Part shown: positions 40,256 through 50,301 of the stretch, piece by piece
How positions within the stretch are numbered: the first letter of the stretch is position 1
Layout of the letters: each line of letters opens with the position of its first letter
Assembly (NCBI GenBank): GCA_018399495.1
Contig: JAGYOG010000009.1
Coordinates: 3,651 to 67,650 of the forward strand
DNA length: 64,000 nt
Source of the DNA: Sphaerochaeta sp.
Lineage (GTDB): Bacteria; Spirochaetota; Spirochaetia; Sphaerochaetales; Sphaerochaetaceae
Direction of reading: 5' to 3'
The notes under the pieces: generated by a model
Database searches by the model: none
The model's input: the letters and a program-made list of their open reading frames with translations, nothing else
What the model was told of the DNA's origin: nothing
Made by a program: the position numbers and the translations under genes

Positions 40256-42094
40256 ATGATTGTACCAATGAAAAAGGCCTACATCGTCGTACAGGCGCAT
40301 AACGGTCGTACCATGCTCAGAGAACTCAGAAAAGGCGGCCTGCTCCATATCAATAGCGAACAGGTACAAAACCAGAAAATCGAACAGCTTCAGAAGAATC
40401 ATGACCAAATATATGCCTTGAGGAATGTCATTCTTGACCTGCAAGACAAGAAGCATATGCCTTCTCAGACTGAGGTTTCGGATGAAGTATTCTACGAGCT
40501 TCTTGAACGGTATCAGGGACTTCTTGAGACCCTAGAGGATTTGGAAGAAGAGATCAAGGCTGACTCCGCTCGTATTGAAGAGTTGAGGGAGTGGGGTGAT
40601 TTCGATCCTGAGGAAGTGAGACAGCTTTCCCTTGAGGGAATCAAGTTGCACTTCTATACTATTTCCAAGAAAGACTTGAAGAACCTCGATTCCTCAATCC
40701 AATATCTTGAGCTCGCACCAGTTGCCGGCCAGATGGCGATTGCAACCGTTGGCTCACGACTTGATTCTTCTGTTCCAGCTAAACCATTTTCTTTGGGTGA
40801 TCATGGACTAGCATATCTTCAGAAGAGAAAAGCCTCAGATGAGAAGCGTTTGCAGGAAGTGATTTCTTCACTCAAAGAAGCTGGAATGTATCTTGATGCT
40901 TTCTCGTTCCAATTAAAGAAACTTGAGATGGCGCTCCACTTTGAAGAAGTCGAAGAACAATTGGAAGGTGGTGAAGACCTTGCTTGGCTGTCCGGGTACC
41001 TTCCAGAGACAAAGGTTGAAGAATTTGCTGCTCTTGCAAAACAGAAAGGCTGGGCATACCAGTTGGATGATGTCACCGAGGATGACTATCCTCCAACCTT
41101 GATCAAATATCCAAAGGGAGTAGGGATCATCAAGCCAGTGTTTGATATCCTGGGAACAGTTCCTGGTTATCGAGAGAATGATGTCAGTACCTGGTTCCTG
41201 CTGTTCTTTACCTTGTTCTTTGCGATGATTATTGGAGATGCCGGCTATGGAATTATCTTCATGGCTACAGCTGTTCTTCTACATGCAAAGGCCAAGAAGG
41301 CGAATACGATGGTCATGTTGCTCTATGTACTCAGTATAGCAACTATTGTGTGGGGATCCTTGACCGGAACCTGGTTTGGTTCCAAGGAGATTCTCCTTGC
41401 CGTTCCATTCCTTCAGACATTGGTGATTCCTTCTATATCCAACTACCCTGAACTCTTTGGTTTGACCGCCAATGCAGCTCAGAATACGGTTATGAAGTTC
41501 TGCTTCATCATCGGTACGGTTCAACTCAGCTTGGCTTGCATTCTTAATGTAATCCACAAGATTCCCAAGAAGGATCTGAGTTTTGTGGCTGATATCGGGT
41601 GGCTGATGGATATTCTGGCCCTCTATTTTGTGGTACTGCAACTGGTCATCGTGGAGCCTGCAAACATGATGTATGTTGGTTCTGTAGTAGGGGCAGGGTT
41701 TCTGTTGGTGGTTGTTTTTGGATCACAAGGTCCTGGAATCAAGTTTGGAAAAGGACTTGCCAGTGGTTTGGGTGGTTTTTTCACCACCTTCCTTAATACA
41801 ATCAGTGCATTCTCTAACATTATGAGTTATATCCGCTTGTTCGCTGTTGGGATGGCATCTGTTGCGATTGCGCAGAGTTTCAATAGTATGGCAGGTGGCA
41901 TGCTCAGTGGGTTTGCACTTGTTGCTGGAATCTTGGTGCTGGTTATCGGGCACTCCCTCAATATTGTGATGGGATTGCTTAGTGTGGTGGTGCACGGTGT
42001 GCGCCTGAATCTTTTGGAGTTCTCCGGTCAGCTCGGAATGGAGTGGACTGGGATCGCATATGAACCGTTTACACAAACGGTAGAAGAAAACTGA
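40256..42094 (+). CDS. V-type ATP synthase subunit I
   Basis: MIVPMKK, GDAGYG, SYIRLFAVG, HGVRLNLLEF. Confidence 0.93.
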   Translation: MIVPMKKAYIVVQAHNGRTMLRELRKGGLLHINSEQVQNQKIEQLQKNHDQIYALRNVILDLQDKKHMPSQTEVSDEVFYELLERYQGLLETLEDLEEEIKADSARIEELREWGDFDPEEVRQLSLEGIKLHFYTISKKDLKNLDSSIQYLELAPVAGQMAIATVGSRLDSSVPAKPFSLGDHGLAYLQKRKASDEKRLQEVISSLKEAGMYLDAFSFQLKKLEMALHFEEVEEQLEGGEDLAWLSGYLPETKVEEFAALAKQKGWAYQLDDVTEDDYPPTLIKYPKGVGIIKPVFDILGTVPGYRENDVSTWFLLFFTLFFAMIIGDAGYGIIFMATAVLLHAKAKKANTMVMLLYVLSIATIVWGSLTGTWFGSKEILLAVPFLQTLVIPSISNYPELFGLTANAAQNTVMKFCFIIGTVQLSLACILNVIHKIPKKDLSFVADIGWLMDILALYFVVLQLVIVEPANMMYVGSVVGAGFLLVVVFGSQGPGIKFGKGLASGLGGFFTTFLNTISAFSNIMSYIRLFAVGMASVAIAQSFNSMAGGMLSGFALVAGILVLVIGHSLNIVMGLLSVVVHGVRLNLLEFSGQLGMEWTGIAYEPFTQTVEEN

Positions 42095-42125
42095 TCGTTG
42101 TTTGGTAACAACTAAGGAGAAACAC

Positions 42126-42560
42126 ATGGGAAACTTGGAATTTATTGGATTGGCATGTGCATTGGCTCTTTCGGCTCTTGGGTCCGGACTTGGCGCTGGA
42201 GCTGCTGCCCAGGCAGCAGTTGGTGGTTGGAAGAAATGTTACGCGAACGGCAAACCTGCTCCGTTCATCATGGTTGCATTTGCCGGTGCTCCGCTTACCC
42301 AGACCATTTACGGGTTCCTCTTGATGAACTTCATTGCAGCTGCAATTGCTGCAGGTACCTCATCAACCTTGGCATTTGGAGTCGGTGTGTTTGGTGGAGC
42401 TGCCATTGGGCTCTCTTCCTGGATGCAGGGTAAGACTGCAGCATGCGCTTGTGATGCACTTGCTGAGACTGGAAAGGGTACTGCAAACTACTTTATCGTT
42501 ATTGGTATTCAAAAACGTTGCTCTCTTCACCCTTGGTCTTCCAGTTTGTTGCCCGTGGGC
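42126..42560 (+). CDS. V-type ATP synthase subunit K (3' end garbled, probable sequencing errors)
   Basis: GSGLGAG, APLTQTIYG, MQGK, ETGKG; expected terminal helix appears out of frame (VALFTL) after about 42510; end approximate. Confidence 0.85.
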
Positions 42561-42661
42561 AGGAATTACCGAACAACGGTTTGTAGAGATGGACACCCCC
42601 ACTTGTGGTGTCATTTTTACTATTAAGGTCTACTGCATTACGCAGTTGACAGCAAAATTAA

Positions 42662-43565
42662 TTAAATATAAATTAGAAGAATGTCATAGCTTGTAATTAC
42701 CAAGCCCATGACCAAAAATGTTGATTCCTCAACATTCTCCATCTTCTTTTACCGCGAAAACATGCCTTGATAGAGTGATGTGAAAGAGTTGTAGATCTTT
42801 GATTTTCAGATCAGAATTTGCATACCATCAACAAATGAGCCTTCTTCTGTCACCGTCCATGTTTTCAGAAGACCATATTGTGATCCTTTGAGTTTCCACC
42901 TTCAGGGTAAACGTTCGTTTATCAAAAGTCACCAGGGCTTGTCCATGTACCTACTTCACGTTCATTGATTATAGGGTTATATCACTAAGCCACTTCCGGT
43001 TGGTTCTGGAATCCCTCTAGAAGCTCAACGACAATTTCAATTTTCTTAACCGGCTTTTTCTTATTATAAGGAGTTGTTCAGTGGTATTTGACATACCCTT
43101 TTTTTCAAACCAGAGCAGTCCTGCCTTTATTCTTTCAAGGTTCAAAAATGACTTTCAGGCGTATCAAATACCAACTATCTTATCAACCCGGTACACATAC
43201 CACATGGTGCAGAGATATTATATTCGATGAACAATCAACAGCATTTCCACACCGTGATAACTATCATTGCTCTCTTCTATGTTGCCAAGATTGATCACAT
43301 ACTCATCATATATTCCTACAGACCTTCTGGTTTCCTTTTATTTAACTTTTTCTGATATCTATTTCTATAAGATTTGGCTTTTTTCAAGGGTCAATAATGT
43401 TGGTGGCTACAGTTGATTGCAGGAAATTCAGAATGCTGGAAAGTTCATTTACATTCTTTTCTCCTTTACATCAATTCATTCAGTATCTGACTCTCCTGGA
43501 GATATAATCCCTTAACACATCCATATCAGTATTTAGGAGTTAATGATCATTATTCTACCTTGCAT
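42662..43565 (-). pseudogene. ArsR-type HTH transcriptional regulator, frameshifted paralog of 48847-49782
   Basis: Minus-strand fragments GEKNVNELS, APCGMCT, AGLLWFEKGYV, EREVGTWTSPGDF, SQYGLLKTWTV, GINIFGHG; ATG 43565 with GAGG; absent from ORF track. Confidence 0.75.
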
Positions 43566-43692
43566 ATTGTGTCCTCAATATTAAATATTCTGTAATTTAT
43601 CATGATATTTCATTTACAACAATCATTCAATCAACAATCTTGATATATTTATTCTTTGAAGCATACGAGACAATATATTAAAAGAATAATGG

Positions 43693-43721
43693 TTGACAGT
43701 ACAAGCACATTACCATATAAT
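43693..43721 (+). promoter_or_regulatory. Consensus sigma70 promoter of the arabino-oligosaccharide operon
   Basis: TTGACA-17 nt-TATAAT exact match. Confidence 0.85.
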
Positions 43722-43728
43722 TGGGTAT

Positions 43729-43756
43729 AAATCAAATTATCCTGATATATTGATTT
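43729..43756. promoter_or_regulatory. Palindromic operator at the predicted transcription start
   Basis: AAATCAAATTATC-CT-GATATATTGATTT; related copies near 43591-43614 and 43629-43653. Confidence 0.65.
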
Positions 43757-44158
43757 TAATTATTTGATCACGGGAGGCTACATTGCGTTACGCTTACTGA
43801 TGCAAAAATCTGATAAAAGATGTATTGCATATATCAAATATTTTTGCAAAGGCATTGATTCAATGAGTAACAACCAGTTCAACCATTACATGAATTTTTA
43901 GTAAACGCAATATTCAAAGTATTACGGAATTTGAATCAATGTGGACCTTGCAGATGCAAGCGAGTTCGCTCGGAACAAGCTATAGCGACCCCAGTAAAGC
44001 TAACATATGAATGATAGAAATTTAATTTTAGTAAATCATGTGCCAATTGTGATTACTTGATGACTACGAATAACGCTAATCAAAATGATCGGGAATGTGT
44101 CTATTTGTAATAAAAACTAAACAATTCTTTTGGGAATTGTAGCGATAAAGAGTGTACT

Positions 44159-45450
44159 ATGAAAAAGACTTTTATTGTTCTTGTACTTTTGATCACTTTG
44201 TGTGTTCGGTATGGTTTTTTGCTGCCGGCAGTAAGGAACAAGCCGCACCTGCTGATGGAACAGATTATCATTCTGGACCTTCCGGACTCTTCACATGAGT
44301 TTCTATGAGAAAGATGGCAAAATTATGGAATGAAGAGAGAGCAGACAGGAGGTATCTCTTTAAACCGGAGGTATTTCCGTTTGAGGATATGCACACCAAG
44401 TGTTGGTTTCCCGTGCAGGCAGGTACTGGTGCTCCAGACCTCGTTGATATTGAGATTGCAAAATATCCCAACTTCCTCAAGGGAAACATTCAGCTTGCAC
44501 CACTTAATGATGTCATTGACCCGGTACGCGACAAATTTGTTACCGCACGCCTAGACATCTATAGCAAGGATGGCCGGAACTATGGGCTTCCGTTCCATGT
44601 TGGTGCATCGGTTATTTATTACAATATGGAAATCCTGAATGCCGCTGGTGTTGATCCCTATGCAATCAAGACTTGGGATGACTACATGAAGGCAGCAAAG
44701 GTTGTAAAACAAAAGACCGGTAAGCCGATGACTACAATTGAAGTAACAGAACATTGGTCTTTCTGGCCATTAATTGCTCAGCAAGGTTCTGATTTCCTTG
44801 ATGCAGATGGCAATGTCATCCTTGACAACGCAACCAACGTAAAAACTCTGCAATATCTCAAGGATCTGTTGAACAGTGGTGCAGCTGTAGCTACCCCAGG
44901 TGGATTCCATCACGCTGAAGAGTATTATGGATTCATGAATGATGGTGGTGCAGCTTCCATTTGGATGCCGATGTGGTACATGAATAGATTTACCGACTAC
45001 ATGCCAGACTTGGCTGGAAAGATTCTGATTCTACCGATGCCAAGATGGACTGCCGATGGCATGCGTTCTGCTGGAATGGGTGGAACAGGAACTTCTGTAA
45101 CCAACCAGGCTCGTGATTTGGAACTTACCAAGGATTTCTTGATGTTCGCAAAGGGATCTGAGGAAGGCAACCTTAAAATCTGGGAAGACCTCGGTTTTGA
45201 TCCTCCACGTTGGGATGTCTGGGACAATCCACGGATGAACGCAGCTAATAAGTTCACCGAATACTACCAGAATGATGATATCTTCGGCATGTTGCTGGAT
45301 ATCAAGGATGAGATCAATAGCGTCAATATCAAGGAGAAACTTCCGGCTGTTATTGATAGATTGAAATCATCTGTAATGATTCAGGCACTGCAGCAGCAGA
45401 ACAAGAGTCCTGCTGAGGCTTTGAAAGAAGCGGCAGATCTCGCTCGTTAA
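44159..45450 (+). CDS. Arabino-oligosaccharide ABC substrate-binding protein (AraN-like; 5' end frameshifted)
   Basis: MKKTFIVL signal, FAAGSKE, FWTF, GTGAPDLVDIE, SAGMGGTGT; ORF track recovers only 44305 onward. Confidence 0.82.
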
Positions 45451-45463
45451 ATCTTTTAAAAGT

Positions 45464-45493
45464 GGGGATACGTCAATACATTGGCGTATCCTC
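45464..45493 (+). terminator. Intergenic hairpin after substrate-binding gene
   Basis: GGGGATACGTCAA-TACA-TTGGCGTATCCTC then T-rich stretch. Confidence 0.6.
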
Positions 45494-45522
45494 AGTTGTT
45501 TTTGTTATACAAGGAGATATGG

Positions 45523-46422
45523 ATGACAAAGAAACAAACTCTGGGATCTGCTAAGGTAGCACCGTATGTTTTTATTCTCCCATTTATTGCATCCTTCCTC
45601 ATTTTTTACCTGTATCCAATTATCAGTACGTTTATTATGGGATTTCAACAAGTGTATCCTGGGCAAGTCGAATTCATTGGTCTTGAGAATTATCGTAAAC
45701 TTGATAATCCAGAATTCAAGGTTGCCCTAAAAAACAGTTTTCGCTATACCGTCTACACGATAGCATTACTTATTCCTATTCCCTTGCTTCTCTCAGTCTG
45801 GTTGAACAGTGGGAATAGAACCATCAATACTGTGTATCGCTCAGTATTATATATTCCTAGCTTGGTATCGATTGTTGTTGCCGGAACTATCATGCGCCTG
45901 TTGTTTGCATCCAGTGACAAGAGTCTAGTTAATACACTTGCTATAGCAGTGGGAGCCGAACCACGACAGTGGCTGCTTGGAGGACCTCACCAAGCGATGA
46001 TTCTTCTGCTGATCCTTGCACTTTGGCGTTGGGTAGGTGTGAATATCATTTACTTCCTGTCTGGATTACAGGCAATTCCTGATGAACTCTACGAAGCTGC
46101 AGATATTGATGGGGCATCCCAATCGCAAAAGCTCTGGAGGATTACCATCCCTTTGCTGAAGAGCACGACCATTTTTGTTACTACCATTTCCATATTTGGT
46201 GGCTTTGCAATGTTCGAGGAAAGTTTCATTCTTTGGGCAGGTAAACCCTCTCCCAATAATGTGGGACTGACCATTGTAGGGCATCTATACAATAAAGGAT
46301 TCCAAGAGGGCGAAATGGGTATGGCTAGTGCCATCGGCATAGTTTTGCTGATCATCGTATTTACCTTGAGTATCTCTTTCTTGAAGCTGTTCGGTTTCTT
46401 TGAAGCTGAGGGGAGGCGATAA
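45523..46422 (+). CDS. Sugar ABC permease (AraP-like)
   Basis: APYVFILPF, FIGLENY, YEAADIDGA. Confidence 0.9.
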   Translation: MTKKQTLGSAKVAPYVFILPFIASFLIFYLYPIISTFIMGFQQVYPGQVEFIGLENYRKLDNPEFKVALKNSFRYTVYTIALLIPIPLLLSVWLNSGNRTINTVYRSVLYIPSLVSIVVAGTIMRLLFASSDKSLVNTLAIAVGAEPRQWLLGGPHQAMILLLILALWRWVGVNIIYFLSGLQAIPDELYEAADIDGASQSQKLWRITIPLLKSTTIFVTTISIFGGFAMFEESFILWAGKPSPNNVGLTIVGHLYNKGFQEGEMGMASAIGIVLLIIVFTLSISFLKLFGFFEAEGRR

Positions 46423-47270
46423 TGGCAAGGATTTACCACCACTCAAGACGATCATTTTTTAAATATCTACTTTTAACGGTAGTGGCTCTCATATATTTGG
46501 TTCCACTATATTCGTTAACTCTGGCAGCCTTTCGCCCTGGACGAGACCTGTTACGCTATGGGATAACGCTTAAGACCCTTATTCCTGCAGATTTGAATCT
46601 ATCCACTTTCAAAGGACTCTATACAATCCGAGATGGAATTTATTTCACTTGGTTTGGAAATAGTTTGCTGTTGATGTTGTTGCAAACATGTCTCGCTCTT
46701 TTCCTCAGTTCCTTTGTCGCCTATGGTCTTTCTCTCTATCGGTTCAAGGGGAGGAAGATCGTCACAACATTGGTGATATTCCTCATGCTTGTACCAATAC
46801 AGATTCTCATTCTTCCTTTGTACAAATTGATGATTACCATCTCCTTGATAGATACCTTCTGGGGTGTATTCCTTCCTATGATTGTATCTCCTTTTGCCAT
46901 ATTCTTTTTCAGGCAATATATCGATGGAGTACCTCGGGATCTTATTGATGCCGGGAGAGTCGATGGGCTGAATGAGTATTCAATCTACTTTAGAATAGTT
47001 ATTCCCATTATGCCCCCAGCATTCTCGGCAATGGCAATTTTCATGTCGATGCAGAGCTGGAACAACTTCCTCTGGCCCTTGATTGTTCTCCGTACAGGAG
47101 AGAAGTTTACCTTGCCCATTGGATTGAATACCTTGCTAACTCCATACGGAAACAACTATGACTTGCTGATTATTGGAGCCTTGGCGGCTACGCTACCTAT
47201 TATCATCGTTTTCATTTTCTTCCAACGTTACTTCATTGCTGGTTTAACCAGTGGTGGAGTAAAGGGATAA
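46422..47270 (+). CDS. Sugar ABC permease (AraQ-like)
   Basis: DAGRVDG, WNNFLWPL, LLTPYGNNYD. Confidence 0.9.
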   Translation: MARIYHHSRRSFFKYLLLTVVALIYLVPLYSLTLAAFRPGRDLLRYGITLKTLIPADLNLSTFKGLYTIRDGIYFTWFGNSLLLMLLQTCLALFLSSFVAYGLSLYRFKGRKIVTTLVIFLMLVPIQILILPLYKLMITISLIDTFWGVFLPMIVSPFAIFFFRQYIDGVPRDLIDAGRVDGLNEYSIYFRIVIPIMPPAFSAMAIFMSMQSWNNFLWPLIVLRTGEKFTLPIGLNTLLTPYGNNYDLLIIGALAATLPIIIVFIFFQRYFIAGLTSGGVKG

Positions 47271-47299
47271 AACTAATATTAATACAGGAGATAACCTTC

Positions 47300-48790
47300 G
47301 TGAAATGTACTGTACATGCTTCTAAAAACTTTGTTATTGGTACCGCTGATAAGCGGTTGTTCAGTTCCTTCGTCGAGCAGTTGGGACGATGTATATATGG
47401 TGGTATCTATGAAATGGATCACCCACTTGCTGATGAGGATGGGCTGCGTACTGATGTCTTGAAACTCGTAAAGGATCTTGATGTTCCCATGGTACGTTTC
47501 CCAGGTGGAAACTATGTATCTAACCATCGTTGGGAAGACTCTGTAGGTCCAGTTGAAGAGAGACCTATCAGACTTGACCTTGCCTGGAAAGCGTTGGATC
47601 CCAATCAGTTCGGGATCAAGGAATTCATGGATTGGTGCCAGAAAGTTGGAACTGAGCCAATGATGGCACTCAACCTTGGTACCAGAGGCATTGATGAGGC
47701 GAAGGACCTGGTGGAATACTGTAATCACCCAGGAGGTACTGCCTTAAGTGAACTGAGGAAAAGCCATGGTTCAGAGGCTCCCTATGATATTAGGATGTGG
47801 TGCCTTGGCAATGAAATGGATGGTCCTTGGCAAGTAGGTCACAAGACTGCCGAGGAGTATGGCCGTCTTGCCTCTGAGGTAGGGAAGGCCCTTAAGCTTT
47901 TTGATCCTAGTCTTGAGTTGGTAGCTTGTGGATCTAGCAATAGTGATATGCCTACATTTCCAGCATGGGAAGAGACAGTACTTGAGCATACATATGATAT
48001 TGCTGACTACCTGTCACTACACATGTACTTTAGAAATGATGAGAATGATGCTGAAACCTTTCTTGCCTCAAGTAAGAAGATGGATGAGTTCATCGAGACT
48101 GTTGTACATGTATGTGACTATGTGCAAGCTAAAAAACGTTCATCAAAGACAATGTACCTCTCATTTGATGAATGGAATGTCTGGTTCCATTCCAATGAAC
48201 AAGACAAGACTGAACCTGACTGGAAAGTTGGAAAACATATCCTTGAAGATGTGTATACCTTTGAAGATGCTTTAGTGGTAGGGTGTCTACTCAATAGCCT
48301 GCTCAAACACTGTGACCGGGTGAAGGTAGCCTGCCTTGCCCAGTTGGTGAATGTCATCGCACCAATCATGACTGAGGACGGAGGATCTAGCTGGGCACAA
48401 ACCATTTACTGGCCTTTCTATTATGCCTCGAAGTATGGAAGGGGAGAGGTACTTGATATTCGATTGAATGTACCATCCTATGAAAACCATCTCTATGGAG
48501 AGGTCCCTTATGCAGATGCAGTGCTTGTGTATCATGAAGAAGAACAGGAACTTGCTCTTTTTGTGGTAAACAGGAGTCTGGACGAAGAAATGGAACTTGA
48601 CTTGGATGCAACAGGTTTTTCTAAGCAATTGAAAATCATTGAGCACATTACGTTGCACCATACCGATTTGAAGGCTGTTAATGAGAAAGATAACCCAGAG
48701 AATATAAAACCTGTCGTGAAAAGTGGAAAAATGGACCAGTATATTGCTCCAAGACAATCTTGGAATCTGTTCCGGTTCTCAATTTCATAA
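47300..48790 (+). CDS. abfA: GH51 alpha-L-arabinofuranosidase
   Basis: RFPGGN, WCLGNEMDGPWQ (acid/base), SFDEWNVW (nucleophile), AQLVNVIAPI. Confidence 0.93.
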   Translation: MKCTVHASKNFVIGTADKRLFSSFVEQLGRCIYGGIYEMDHPLADEDGLRTDVLKLVKDLDVPMVRFPGGNYVSNHRWEDSVGPVEERPIRLDLAWKALDPNQFGIKEFMDWCQKVGTEPMMALNLGTRGIDEAKDLVEYCNHPGGTALSELRKSHGSEAPYDIRMWCLGNEMDGPWQVGHKTAEEYGRLASEVGKALKLFDPSLELVACGSSNSDMPTFPAWEETVLEHTYDIADYLSLHMYFRNDENDAETFLASSKKMDEFIETVVHVCDYVQAKKRSSKTMYLSFDEWNVWFHSNEQDKTEPDWKVGKHILEDVYTFEDALVVGCLLNSLLKHCDRVKVACLAQLVNVIAPIMTEDGGSSWAQTIYWPFYYASKYGRGEVLDIRLNVPSYENHLYGEVPYADAVLVYHEEEQELALFVVNRSLDEEMELDLDATGFSKQLKIIEHITLHHTDLKAVNEKDNPENIKPVVKSGKMDQYIAPRQSWNLFRFSIS

Positions 48791-48846
48791 AAACTGATGC
48801 ATCAGCTATTTAGTTTGTGTTAGTATGAGTGAAAAGAGGTACTATT

Positions 48847-49782
48847 ATGCTCAAAAAGATCCTCCTTGATTATTCAGACAAAGAAAAGATGTTGGTCGTT
48901 GCAAAGGCGATTGCTAATGAAGCAAGGATCAACATCCTCGAATTGCTGAATGAACGGAGCCTTAGCGTAAATGAAATAGCTGAACATCTGCAGTTGCCTA
49001 CCTCAACAGCAGCACTGCATGTAAGTATACTTGAGCGTGCTGGTTTGCTTATTACCGAGTCACAGCCAGGAATTCGTGGTTCCATGAAGGTAAGCAGCAG
49101 GGGTTGTGATCGGGTTTTGATCAAGCTTCTGCTCGATCAATCAGATGCACTGAAAGAAAATTCAGTGGTTCTGAATATGCCGATCGGCAACTTCGTTGAT
49201 TGCGATATTCATCCAAACTGCGGACTGGTAAGCGAAAAGAGTGCGATTGGCATCTTCGACCAGCCTTGTTCATTCTACTATGCTGAGCGTACCAACGCTC
49301 AGTTGCTCTGGTTCTACAAGGGATACGTGGAATATCGATTCCCTAATGCCGTTGCTAACTTAGGCAGACCTAAAAATCTAGATCTCAGCTTCGAAGCATG
49401 TTCTGAGGCTCCGTTCTATCGGAATGATTGGCCAAGTGACATAACCGTATGGATTAATAGAAGAGAGGTTGGGACATGGACCAGTCCTGGCGATCTAGGG
49501 GGAAGAAAAGGGAAGTACAATCCTCCCTGGTGGCCGGATACCCTGAACCAGTATGGATTGCTCAATCACTGGGTGGTGAATAGCAAAGGAACCTATTTGA
49601 ACAATGAACTCATCGGGGATGTAACAATAGAGGATCTTTTGTTGAGAGAATCCTGTTTTATAAGTGTAAAAATTGGTATCAAGGATCATGCAAAGAATAT
49701 TGGAGGTGTCAGCCTTTTTGGCGAGCACTTTGGTGATTACCAACAGAATTTACTCTTGAAGCTTGACTATATATTGCTTTGA
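48847..49782 (+). CDS. ArsR-type HTH regulator with large C-terminal domain (COG4189-like)
   Basis: RINILELL, VNEIAE HTH; MPIG, CG, LLWF, WPSDI, WTSPGD, QYGLL. Confidence 0.8.
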   Translation: MLKKILLDYSDKEKMLVVAKAIANEARINILELLNERSLSVNEIAEHLQLPTSTAALHVSILERAGLLITESQPGIRGSMKVSSRGCDRVLIKLLLDQSDALKENSVVLNMPIGNFVDCDIHPNCGLVSEKSAIGIFDQPCSFYYAERTNAQLLWFYKGYVEYRFPNAVANLGRPKNLDLSFEACSEAPFYRNDWPSDITVWINRREVGTWTSPGDLGGRKGKYNPPWWPDTLNQYGLLNHWVVNSKGTYLNNELIGDVTIEDLLLRESCFISVKIGIKDHAKNIGGVSLFGEHFGDYQQNLLLKLDYILL

Positions 49783-50240
49783 TTTTCTCTTTCATGGGAG
49801 AGAAGCCATTGCTTTTTCTCCAGTCCTCCTGCATACCCAACCAGGGAACCCTGTTTGCCGATGACTCGATGACAGGGAATAATGATGCTGATGGGATTTT
49901 TGTTATTCGCCATCCCAACAGCGCGAACAGCCTTAGGATTACCTATGGCTATTGCAATATCCTGATAACTGACCACCCTTCCATAAGGTATCGTACAAAG
50001 AGCTTTCCATACATTCTGTTGAAATGCAGTACCATACAGTTCCAAGGGAATTGTGAATTGTTGTAACGTTCCATTGAAGTATGCATCCAATTGTTCTTTT
50101 GCCATATCTAGGACAGGATTGGCTGCATTTTCATCCAGCATAACTGTATCAAATGAAACCCCCAACAATGCATCCCGGTTACTCGTTAAGTATAGGGTGC
50201 CAAGGGGGCTTTCATAGGTGGTAGAAAATATGGTGCTCAT
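49767..50240 (-). CDS. ogt: Methylated-DNA--protein-cysteine methyltransferase
   Basis: GTAFQQNVW, IPYG, RAVG, IPCHRV. Confidence 0.93.
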   Translation of the reverse strand: MSTIFSTTYESPLGTLYLTSNRDALLGVSFDTVMLDENAANPVLDMAKEQLDAYFNGTLQQFTIPLELYGTAFQQNVWKALCTIPYGRVVSYQDIAIAIGNPKAVRAVGMANNKNPISIIIPCHRVIGKQGSLVGYAGGLEKKQWLLSHERENQSNI

Positions 50241-50301
50241 ATCACAGAGCGTATAAAGTATGAAGGGGAGAGACAAGTCCCTTCCCCTCATATTCGACTA
50301 G

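Noticed and set aside
48794-48805. Palindrome CTGATGCATCAG before the second regulator
   Set aside because: Single short site unrelated to the ATC-NT-GATAT motif; could be chance
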